A DNA stretch of 64,000 nt, from positions 62,001 through 126,000 of the forward strand of contig NIVC01002720.1 in the NCBI GenBank assembly GCA_002269645.1, written 5' to 3'. Positions within the stretch are counted from its first letter, which is position 1. Each line of letters starts with the position of its first letter. Below the pieces are notes generated by a model. That model made no database searches, was not told where the DNA came from, and saw only the letters and a program-made list of their open reading frames with translations. Made by a program: the position numbers and the translations under genes. Positions 25,901-37,016 of this stretch are shown here, piece after piece. The DNA comes from Macrostomum lignano. Its lineage: Eukaryota.

Positions 25901-28900
25901 CACAAAGACACACTGACAGACACAAAGATACAGTGACAGACACAAAGACACACTGACAGACACAAAGACACACTGACAGACACAAAGACACACTGACAGA
26001 CACAAAGACACACTGACAGACAAAAAGACACACTGACAGACACAAAGACACACTGACAGACAAAAAGACACACTGACAGACACAAAGACACACAGACAGA
26101 AACAAAGAGACACTGACAGACACAAAGACAAACTAACAGACACAAAGACACACTGAAAGAAACAGACACACTGGCAGACACAAAACATATTGAGACAAAG
26201 ATACAGTGACAGACACAAAGACACACTGACAGACACAAAGACACACTGACAGACACAAAGACACACTGACAGACACAAAGACACACTGACAGACAAAAAG
26301 ACACACTGACAGACACAAAGACACACTGACAGACACAAAGACACACTGGCAGACACAAAGGCATGTGTGAGACACAAACATACACCATCATACACCAGAC
26401 AAAACGAAACACCAGAATACCCAGAGAGACAGAAAATACTATTTTAGCACGATTTTTAAACCGAAAATACTGGCGCAACGGTAACCAAGCAGGGATGATG
26501 AAGAGAGCTATTCCAGACTCTCACCTGTCGAAGCAGCTCGTGCCGGGTCTCCATTCGACGCAGCTCCGCGTCGGTCTGGGCCCGAACGTCGCTCATCTGC
26601 TGCTGCACGAACTCCATCCAGGGATTGGTGTCGCTTAAAAATGCGGCAGAATTCGATATGCAAGCCTTGTACCTGTCTACTAGGCGAGCTAAGCAGTCCA
26701 ATAAGTTCACGTTCTTGCGCACCTGCAAAGGCAAAGGAGGGAAGGAGGCCAACGTTGGATTCGGAGCTGATTGGGAATTCAACTGACATGGATTCAGCTG
26801 ATTGGGAATTCAACTGACATGGATTCAGCTGATTGGGAATTCAACTGACATGGATTCAGCTGATTGGGAATTCAACTGACATGGATTCAGCTGATTGGGA
26901 ATTCAACTGACATGGATTCAGCTGATTGGGAATTCAACTGACATGGATTCAGCTGATTGGGAATTCAACTGACATGGATTTAGCTGATTGGGAATTCAAC
27001 TGACATGGATTCAGCTGATTGGGAATTCAACTGACATGGATTCAGCTGATTGGGAATTCAACTGATATGGATTCAGCTGATTGGGAATTCAACTGACATG
27101 GATTCAGAGCTGATTGGGAATTCAACTGACATGGATTCAGAGCTGATTGAGAATTCAACTGATATGGATTCAGCTGATTGGGAATTCAACTGACATGGAT
27201 TCAGCTGATTGGGAATTCAACTGATATGGATTCAGCTGATTGGGAATTCAACTGACATGGATTCAGAGCTGATTGGGAATTCAACTGACATGGATTCAGA
27301 GCTGATTGGGAATTCAACTGACATGGATTCAGCTGATTGGGAATTCAACTGATATGGATTCAGAGCTGATTCGGAATTCAACTGACATGGATTCAGAGCT
27401 GATTGGGAATTCAACTGATATGGATTCAGCTGATTGGGAATTCAACTGACATGGATTCAGAGCTGATTGGGAATTCAACTGACATGGATTCAGAGCTGAT
27501 TGGGAATTCAACTGACATGGATTCAGAGCTGATTGGGAATTCAACTGATATGGATTCAGCTGATTGGGAATTCAACTGACATGGATTCAGCTGATTGGGA
27601 GTTCAACTGACATGGATTCAGCTAATTGGGAATTCAACTGATATGGATTCAGCTAATTGGGAATTCAACTGATATGGATTCAGAGCTGATTGGGAATTCA
27701 ACTGACATGGATTTAGCTGATTAGGAATTCAACTGACATGGATTCAGAGCTGATTGGGAATTCAACTGATATGGATTCAGCTGATTGGGAATTCAACTGA
27801 TATGGATTCAGAGCTGATTCGGAATTCAACTGATATGGATTCAGAGCTGATTGGGAATTCAACTGATATGGATTCAGCTGATTGGGAATTCAACTGACAT
27901 GGATTCAGAGCTGATTGGGAATTCAACTGACATGGATTCAGAGCTGATTGGGAATTCAACTGACATGGATTCAGAGCTGATTGGGAATTCAACTGATATG
28001 GATTCAGCTGATTGGGGATTCAGAGCTGATTGGGAATTCAACTGATATGGATTCAGCTGATTGGGAATTCAACTGACATGGATTCAGCTGATTGGGAGTT
28101 CAACTGACATGGATTCAGCTAATTGGGAATTCAACTGATATGGATTCAGAGCTGATTGGGAATTCAACTGACATGGATTTAGCTGATTGGGAATTCAACT
28201 GACATGGATTTAGCTGATTGGGAATTCAACTGACATGGATTCAGAGCTGATTGGGAGTTCAACTGACATGGATTCAGCTAATTGGGAATTCAACTGATAT
28301 GGATTCAGCTGATTGGGAATTCAACTGACATGGATTCAGCTGATTGGGAGTTCAACTGACATGGATTCAGCTAATTGGGAATTCAACTGATATGGATTCA
28401 GAGCTGATTGGGAATTCAACTGACATGGATTCAGAGCTGATTGGGAATTCAACTGACATGGATTCAGCTGATTGGGAGTTCAACTGACATGGATTCAGCT
28501 AATTGGGAATTCAACTGATATGGATTCAGAGCTGATTGGGAATTCAACTGACATGGATTTAGCTGATTGGGAATTCAACTGACATGGATTCAGAGCTGAC
28601 TGGGAATTCAACTGACATGGATTCAGCTGATTGGGAATTCAACTGACATGGATTCAGAGCTGATTGGGAATTCAACTGACATGGATTTAGCTGATTGGGA
28701 ATTCAACTGACATGGATTCAGAGCTGACTGGGAATTCAACTGACATGGATTCAGCTGATTGGGAATTCAACTGACATGGATTCAGCTGATTGGGAATTCA
28801 ACTGATATGGATTCAGAGCTGATTGGGAATTCAACTGACATGGATTCAGAGCTGATTGGGAATTCAACTGACATGGGTTCAGCTGATTGGGAATTCAACT

Positions 28901-30241
28901 GACATGGATTCAGCTGATTGGGAATTCAACTGACATGGATTCAGCTGATTGGGAATTCAACTGACATGGATTCAGCTGATTGGGAATTCAACTGACATGG
29001 ATTCACATGAAATTCATTCAACGTGGATTTAACATAAATTACATAATAGTCAATTCCAATCGTCACTGATGCAAGCAGTCATAAATTAACCAACCTTTAA
29101 CTCTTTGATCGCGTGCAAATAGTCCAGACTAGCAATGCAGTACTGGTTGCGATGCAGCTGAGCTAAATTATCCAAATCTGTTTCAACTTTAGTACGCGAC
29201 TGGCCCAGGCTCTTAGCCAGCGAAGCCTCATAATCGTCGCTAGCTTTTTCGAAGGCTTTGGCCAGGTCAGCCAGCGGCTGCAGCGAAGTGTTAATAAAAG
29301 TCTGCATCCTGGTCTGCGTGTCGCGAATTGAAGCCACCAAATCCTGTTTGGGAAGAGTTTTGGCAAATATCAAAGCGACAGTCAGTCCTGATAACCTACT
29401 TATTCTAATTCCATTGGCTAGCATAAAAGCAGATATTCGCAGGACTGTCCCGCAACCAGCGGTGCAGCCATTCTACCGATTCGCAGATACTGTACATATA
29501 AACACGACAATTTTCGTGCACAAGCATACATGCGCAACAGTCGGCCGAGTCGGCCGACCGATTTGGCGGCCAAACAAGGAAGTCGCAAAAATGCCCACCC
29601 AAAAAATATCCAAGTAATAGTACTAAGTAGCTGACGAGGCATTTTGACTTAATAAGACAGTCATAGTTACTCCTGCCGTGTACCCAAAGTAGCGTTAATT
29701 TTGCTTTACGCTACTTACGCTAGGTTTTTTTTACACGTAAATCGCATTTTTGGCCAAAAACTACGTCGCATTTTGTTAAAACTAAGTCGCATGGCCGACC
29801 GAATTTTGGAGGTTGCGCATGTATGTGCACAAGCCCCAAACACGGAATCGAACGAATCGTTGGTGGCGCGTTTACCGCTGAGCATCTCTGTCCCGTTTTC
29901 AAGCTAAACGCAGGCATACAATTCCTTTTGCAACTGGAAACCAAACCAACCTGAAAATCGTCTTGAAAGTGTTCAACAATTTTGACTAGTTTCTTTGACG
30001 AACTGGTAACTTTATCGTTGTCAACAAAGGATTCGGTCAGCTCGGTCAGACTGGACGTTAACAGTCCCAGGGAGGCGGAAAACTGCCTGCCAGCTTCGGT
30101 CACTGTGGCTAGAATCGATGCAGTCTTCTGGTAGCGGCACTTAAGCATAGCAACCTCGCGCTCGCTAGCAGCCAGGGAGTCGCGGAACCGAGGCGTGTCC
30201 TTGATACCAGCCTCAAATGTTAGGCTGTTGAGCACTTCCAT
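19970..30241 (-). CDS. ACAP: ArfGAP with coiled-coil (BAR), PH and ankyrin repeats (ACAP/centaurin-beta)
   Basis: Exons 30241-29951, 29343-29095, 26722-26525, [probable 24807-24800 and 24549-24514], 22897-22123, 20680-19970. BAR start [12 protein letters not shown]; [25 protein letters not shown]; Arf[32 protein letters not shown]; ankyrin repeats [12 protein letters not shown] and KTALHHAC. Confidence 0.93.
20800..22038. repeat. 29-bp minisatellite (TTAACCTGAGGATCTGGGATAACAGCGGA) in the last ACAP intron
   Basis: 29-bp period. Confidence 0.95.
22898..24335. repeat. 22-bp minisatellite (CAGCTATTGACAGCCTGTTGGT) abutting an ACAP acceptor
   Basis: 22-bp period. Confidence 0.95.
25300..26365. 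repeat. 20-bp AC-rich minisatellite (ACAGACACAAAGACACACTG)
   Basis: 20-bp period with larger block duplications; source of the spurious C/V/S-rich ORFs. Confidence 0.95.
26765..29005. repeat. 29/31-bp minisatellite (GCTGATTGGGAATTCAACTGACATGGATTCA[GA])
   Basis: Two length variants; EcoRI site in most units. Confidence 0.95.
29525..29825 (-). mobile_element. Non-autonomous hAT-type MITE carrying a 28S rRNA-derived segment (copy 2)
   Basis: Perfect 14-bp TIR CATACATGCGCAAC (29525-29538 / 29812-29825). 8-bp TSD TGCACAAG (29517-29524 / 29826-29833). 28S-like 64-mer at 29622-29685. Confidence 0.88.
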
Positions 30242-31863
30242 TGTGCAGTAGTTATTAGCTAATGTCAATATTAAAGTCAATGAATTCAGTGGACAGATTG
30301 AGTCACATCTGATTTGATTGGCACAGCAATAAGTATTGGGATGAATATGAGAACATTTGTAATGTGTTACAATATATAGGGCTTACTGCAAAAGGAAAAA
30401 TCAAAAGCATTTTCCATAAATTTTACATGGGTCTTATTTTCTCTATAATAATATATTTGCAATCTCTATATTTGCTAGAGACTGCAAGGACAGACTGACA
30501 ACTATCACTTATTTGCTGAATAGGGTCAATGCCAAAGTTAACATGTTCTATGTTGCATCGCATTTTTGAGCTACAATTTTAGACCTCTGTGTTGCATGTC
30601 TGTAGGCTTTCTACACTTATTCTAATAGGGATATCCATATACCAATAACAAATGTAGGCTTTGGCATACAAATTTGTACTCAAGCTTCACATAATGCATA
30701 CTCAAAGATTATATCAAAATACATTTCCCCACACATGTGATACAACCCTAAGTGTAGGTTTCATAGAGAGGATTTCAAAGGTTTTTAGTTTCAAAAAAGA
30801 AATTAATAGATTTTTACAAAGTTTTAATTGATAAGCTATAGTTTTACCAAGAGAATTTTAATGGATTTTAGTCCTAGTACTCGACTTTTCTATCTCAACT
30901 TCTAATGTTCAACTTCCTTATCTCAACTTCTATTATTCAACTACTATATAATTTTTTAACTTTTAGCTTGTAATTAAAAAACATACTTTTTGAAAAGGTT
31001 AAGCAGACTTTTTGACTTGAAATGTATTATAAAAATGCTATAAAAAACTGAATGGCTGAATTGTAATTTTTTTTATCATACTAGGCTTTTTATTTATTGT
31101 CTGTTTGCTTATTGACAGTGAACTGAATTGTGTCACAGTGTTAAAATCACAATGTTTAAGCATAGGCCCCCTAGCCCTATAGTACCAGACTTGATTCAGA
31201 TTGCTTAACCTTAGTGTTAACTTTAATTAAAACAGATACTGACTTGCCTGAAAAATGGATTATGTCATAACTAGGCCTAATTTATAACTTTTAGTCAAAC
31301 TGATTTGGTATAAATATTCAATTATAATAGAAGTACTACAATTTATTTAAAGATTTGAATAGCCTAAACTGCTAATGCAACAACTTGGGTTTGAATCTTA
31401 GTATCATAAATTTTTCATTAAAACTTAAAAGCTTAGCATTTTTTTTTGTTTTATGATACCCATATTTGCATCAATTTTGCTTTTCAATACTTATGGAAAG
31501 TAATCAAAATTGAAATAGACATAGCCATGATTGCAAAAATATTACAATTGTAACTTATTAGACCTAGAGCACAACCCTTATATTCAGCTTTGTTAGGCCT
31601 GTACAATTCTTTAAATGGAGACTTTGTTAATAATATATCATAAAATAAAAGTCAAGGGATAGAAATGAAAATGAGGGACAATTTGTTAATATTGTCATAT
31701 CTATTCCTTTCTAGCCATGGCAGCAAGACACAATTCTCCTGGCTCTTTAAATTTAATAAATTTTTGCTTCCCTATCTCACTTTTGTTTTACAATGCATTC
31801 TTAACAAATTCTCCATTGAGTGAATATAAGGATGATGCTTTAGTAATAAGTTACAATTATACT

Positions 31864-32149
31864 CATATATGCACAAACCCCCTGATTTGCACTGGTCATG
31901 CGACTTACTTTTTGACCAAAAATGCAACTTACTTATGAAAGAAACCCTAGAGCAACATTAATGCAATTTTGGGTAAATGGCAAGAGTAACTATAACTGTT
32001 ACTCCTAACTGTTACAAGGGCTAAATGCTTCATCATCTAATTAGTACTACATCTGTATTCTTTGGGGTGGGCATTTTTGCGACTTACCCCTAGTCTACCA
32101 TAATTTAGTGGCCAGATCGGCCAAGTTGGCTAGCAGTTGCACATGTATG
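31864..32149 (+). mobile_element. hAT-type MITE carrying a 28S rRNA-derived segment (copy 3, older)
   Basis: Degenerate TIRs CATATATGCACAAAC / GTTGCACATGTATG. TSD ATTATACT/ATTATATT (7/8). 28S-like segment at 31971-32045. Confidence 0.8.
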
Positions 32150-32183
32150 ATTATATTTATATAGCATTTATATAATCATGGCG

Positions 32184-32946
32184 GATCCTAGAATATTTGT
32201 CAACTTTTTTTATCAACTAAGAGTTGACAAAAATTAATTGGTAGTTGGAATGTTCATCAACTGCCAATAGGAACAATGGAATATTTGGCAAATACCAATG
32301 AGAAAAGTAGAAGCATATTTTAATAAGTAAATTTATTAAACTTTATTGTTCAATAATTACTTGGCGGAAATTAAACTTGCCAGCCATACTACATTTTACT
32401 TTTTTGTTTTTCACTTCCAACTTTGACAATAATGCAGTAAATATGTCTTTATTGTTTAGATATGTTGTAACCAAGAGCTGCTACTATATACTGGTTCTAG
32501 TAGCACCATTCGGTGCAATTTTTTTTTGGTGCAGTTGTCAATATTGTTGTTCATTCCATGCAAGTAACAACAAAACAAAACAAAAGAAAATGCATAAGTA
32601 GATATATACTCCACAAATCAGTCGCACCTAGCATATTTTCTCTAAATTGTGTTAGACACTGCCAACTCGCGTGCCAACTCGCGAGTCATGTACATCTGCT
32701 AGCTAGTTCATGCTCAGATTGTAATACACAACAACATTGCACAATTGCAATCAACATATATTGAATACACAATACAGTGTATGCAATAAAACATATACAA
32801 AGGCAGTTCTCTGATGCCTTCAAACTGGCTGTGGAACTTTTGTCAATAGGCAGTGAAAGATTTGGAATATTTGTCAACTGCAAAAATGAGGGTTAGAACA
32901 TTTGTCAACCAAGTTGACAAAAAAGTTGACAAAAATTCCATAAACT
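32184..32946. mobile_element. Non-autonomous DNA transposon with imperfect TIRs, nested in an older inverted-repeat element
   Basis: Ends GAAT(A/T)TTTGTCAACTTTTTT inverted. Flanking direct repeat ATCATGGC. Removing it restores the match to the inverted partner near 31505-31532. Confidence 0.5.
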
Positions 32947-35377
32947 ATCATGGCTATATCTATTTCAATTTTTACAATTTTTCATTGGGTAGGCCTATTA
33001 TATAACAAAATTGATGCAAATAATAAATAGGGCTATAAGCATTATAAAAAAAGAATGCCAAAAGCTTTTATTAAATAATTTAGGCCCTATCAAAGACAAG
33101 GATTATTGTATTTAATGAGTAAAAGATTATTGCACTTGCACTTATTGATATATTAATTATTGTACTTGATGAGTTAAGCATTATTGCACTAAATTAGTAA
33201 AGGTTTTTGAAATAGCTGAAAAAGTAATTATTGCACTTGTTCTTGCTGAATAATTTTTTCTCCTTACTTAGCTGGCCAATAGGGGAACTAAATTGCTAGT
33301 TTTTACTATTATTATAAATTATATTATAGGGCCTAATACCTCCATAACTCAGTCACATTTAAAATAAAAATTTGGGTCACTTTGAGATAATGACAATCAG
33401 TCCTACTCCCTACGTTAGCTAGGTAGGCAGTTTTAGCGCGTCGCTTTTCCATCTTATTTTCTTCACATTTCTATCTTAATAAATATACTCAATCAATCAA
33501 GGTGAGCTCGTTGTCGTTCAGTAGTAGTAGTAGTAGTTGTAGTATTAGTAGTAAGAATTTGGCTCAGGCAATTAGCCTGCTTGGCCAATATATTGTATTG
33601 CCATAGGGCAATGTATTTGGAGAAATTTTTGAAATTTTTACAGAAGATTCGACGAAATTGTAAAGATAAAGTATTTGAAAGCGCGCCAGAATTTTTTACG
33701 GTATTTTTGGACGAAAAGTGACGACTTTTTTTATAAGAAACCGACAAACTTAAAGTTTTTAAATGAGTGTGAATATGAATATGGATGAGTATAAATATGA
33801 GTACAAAAATAAGTACGAATTATTGCTTTGATTACGAGATTACGAGATAAGGTACGAATGAAGTTCGAACAAAAAATCGAAAAGAAAAAAATTGATGTAG
33901 ACCAGTTTTAAAATGATCGCGAATAAGAATAACGATAAATAACCGTATTTTATGTCAATATATCAATGCATATATAACCGTGTTACCGTATTACAATAGC
34001 ATTTAAATATTTGTGTTACCTGTTAAATAAATTGTTTTAACATTTGTAAATAATTAAGAGTATGCGAAAGGGTATGCGTAATTCGTAAAAATGCATAGAG
34101 AAGTTTTGAAAGGCTAACATTTGACGCACAGAAAAGCGGGAAAAAAGACAAAATAGCGCCTCAGAGAACGAAGAAATGCAAACAGATAGCACCCAGGAAG
34201 AGAAAGCAATTCATGATATCAACAAAAAGAGGAAAGTAGAGAACAAAGATTCCCTCTTATCATAGTTTCGGGTATTTAAAGAACCAATTAATCAATTAAT
34301 ATTAATAATCTAGTCAAATTTGTGCCAAAAAGAGTTGTTAAACGCCTGAAAAACACTAAGTGTTTTAGGAATTTTAAGCGTGAACTTAAGAATAAATGTA
34401 CAAAAATAAAATAAATAACCTGATTTTGGAATGCCAAAAGTGATTCTTAAGGGTTGTTTGTCATTGTTTAACAAAATTCCTTGGCGCGTTTGTTAAAGGG
34501 TTAATTTTAACGAGCAGTTTAAATTAATATGGCTTCCATTTTCCATGCGGGTTATTTTCCGTTACGTTTTGATTTCTTGGTTCCTAGTCAGTTTGTCATC
34601 TGCCATCATTGTCGTGATCTTCATCTAGTGTTTCTAATACCCCACCTCGATTCGAGTCACTTAGGCTAGTGATTTTAATTAGCGTGCACTAACTATGAAG
34701 GGAGTCAGTTCATCAGACCTCAGTCAATGTTAATTTCTAATTCCAAGGGAATTATTGCGGAAATTTGTGTATATTAGGCCTACACTAAGGGGGCTATAAA
34801 TTAGGTAAATGAAGGTTTTTTATAAAAAATATATTTTGAAAGACTTGACGTCTATTTTTGGCAATTTCTCTTCTAATAGTGGATAAAGAAGGATCCAGAT
34901 TTCCAGTTTTAGTTTTGTGTAGGCCTATATCATTATCATTGCCATTATTGTTGTTTTGTCTATGTATGTTACAAAGCCTGAAAGCCAAGACAAGAATTGT
35001 TATCTACCATTTCACTGATTTGTTGATAACAAAGTATTATAAGTAGGCCTATTCAGCTATTAGTATTTGATAATTTAGTATTTGGTATTTATAAGATATT
35101 TCTAAACTAAAGTCATTTTATAGCCATAGGCCTATCATATATATTTACAAGGTTACTTTGCTTAGCCCCATTCTAATCCTAATCAATTCTATAATCCTAG
35201 TTTATATCAATAGTAAAATAACTTTGAAAGTTTGATTTTTTCTTTTTATATCTTCAATCTTTTTATAGGCCTACTTATTGTTAACCTATGCCTATAGCTT
35301 CAATTTAATTTAGATCATGGCAATGATAACATATATTTTTTACAAAAATTTAAAGATATAGAGCCTAGGCCTATAAG

Positions 35378-35727
35378 CATACATGCCTAACACCTGTCCA
35401 ACCTATCCAAACCAGATAGGTGAAATCGCCGCTAGCCAAGGTAAGTCGCAAAATCAAACATGCAAAAAACAAAAAACAAGGGTAAGAAAAAAGAAGAGGA
35501 AGAGAAAAAAATAAAGAAAGAAGTAAGAGAAGAGAGAGGGGAAAAAGGAAAGAGAAGAAAAGAAAAAATGCAAGAAAATTCATATACAAAATGATAATTA
35601 AGTTGCAATTGGGGGAGCAAAGTTGCAATCAGGAGGAACTAAGTCGCAATTGGGAGAAACTAAATCACAAATCTAGACAAAACTAAGTTGCACCAGATAG
35701 GTAAAATTTTGAGGTTAGGCATGTATG
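35378..35727. mobile_element. hAT-type MITE of the same TIR family, without the 28S segment
   Basis: TIR CATACATGCCTAAC / GTTAGGCATGTATG. Perfect 8-bp TSD CCTATAAG (35370-35377 / 35728-35735). Shares TAAGTCGCA subterminal motifs. Confidence 0.85.
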
Positions 35728-35995
35728 CCTATAAGCCTAATAAAGTTAAGCAATAGGCCTATAAAGTAATATAGACCTAATAAATATAATATATTCTATT
35801 TCTATGTTAGACTAATATATATTAACCTAAAATTAAAACTTGTTACCATATTTTGAATCATGTAGTATATATTCAAAAAATTTTATATGTAAATTTCAAG
35901 TTTTCTGGTTTTTAAACTTGTAATAGACATTTAAACAAATGTTTATATATATATGTATATATATAATTTAGTCTTTTAGTCCAATTGCAACTTAG

Positions 35996-36194
35996 TCTTT
36001 CTTGCCTTTTTGACTAAACTATCTTTAGTAAAAAATCAATATATATATTTTTGGTAGATAATTTGGTTGCTTATTTATCTTTCTTGCCTTTTTGACTAAA
36101 CTATCTTTAGTAAAAAATCAATATATATATATATAAGATAGTTTAGTCAAAAAGGCAAGAAAGATAAATAAGCAACCAAATTATCTACCAAAAA
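35996..36194. repeat. Local direct plus inverted duplication (60-bp hairpin arms)
   Basis: 35996-36048 repeats at 36078-36130. 36048-36107 is the reverse complement of 36135-36194. Confidence 0.9.
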
Positions 36195-36704
36195 GATTAT
36201 TTATACAATACAAAAGGTCATTTATTGTTGCAACACTAACAGATTTGAAAGTGTAGGCGTACACTAATTTTTTGGTTGCATTTATAACTATTCAATTTTT
36301 TTTCATGCATGCATTAAGCATGATCTGGATTATAGAGTTGCACTAATTAATTTAATTAAAAGTGGGTACTAAGGCCTATTTATAAAATGGCGCCTATTCT
36401 ATATAGTATAGATATGCCTAGATGGTGGGTCAAATTAAGCCATATAGAGTTTAATGTCTTATTCAAAAAAGTATTTCAAGTAGTTTAGTTAGTAATAAGT
36501 AAGTAGATAGTTAGTAGGTAGGTTAGAAATCAAAACTTTGACCCTTTGATTTTATAAATCTAATGCTCTAACTAACCACTAGTCTATAACTTAAATACTT
36601 TTGGATATTAGACTAAATGTTATCTTTTTTTACCTAATTGTTTATTGCCTAACTATATCTTTAAATGTTATAATTTGGATGAATAGATATAAACACATAT
36701 AAAC

Positions 36705-36990
36705 ATATGAGCAGACTGCAATATGCAGATGAGCAGACTGCAATATGCAGATGAGCAGACTGCAATATGCAGATGAGCAGACTGTAATATGCAGATGAGC
36801 AGACTGCAATATGCAGATGAGCAGACTGCAATATGCAGATGAGCAGACTATAATATGCAGATGAGCAGACTGCGATATGCAGATGAGTAGATTGAATATG
36901 CAGCAAGCAGATTATAATATGCAGATGAGTAGACTGCAATATGCAGATAAGCAGACTGCAATATTAACACTGCAATATTGAGCAGACTAA
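36705..36990. repeat. 22-bp minisatellite (GCAGACTGCAATATGCAGATGA) just upstream of CPOX
   Basis: 22-bp period. Confidence 0.93.
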
Positions 36991-37016
36991 TATCAGTTAT
37001 TTGAACTACTGGCTTT

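Noticed and set aside
25223-26478. C/V/S-rich ORFs up to 386 aa
   Set aside because: Stop-free reading of an AC-rich intronic minisatellite.
29622-29685. 28S rRNA gene
   Set aside because: Only 64 nt, diverged, and embedded in a TIR/TSD element. It is a captured fragment, not rDNA.
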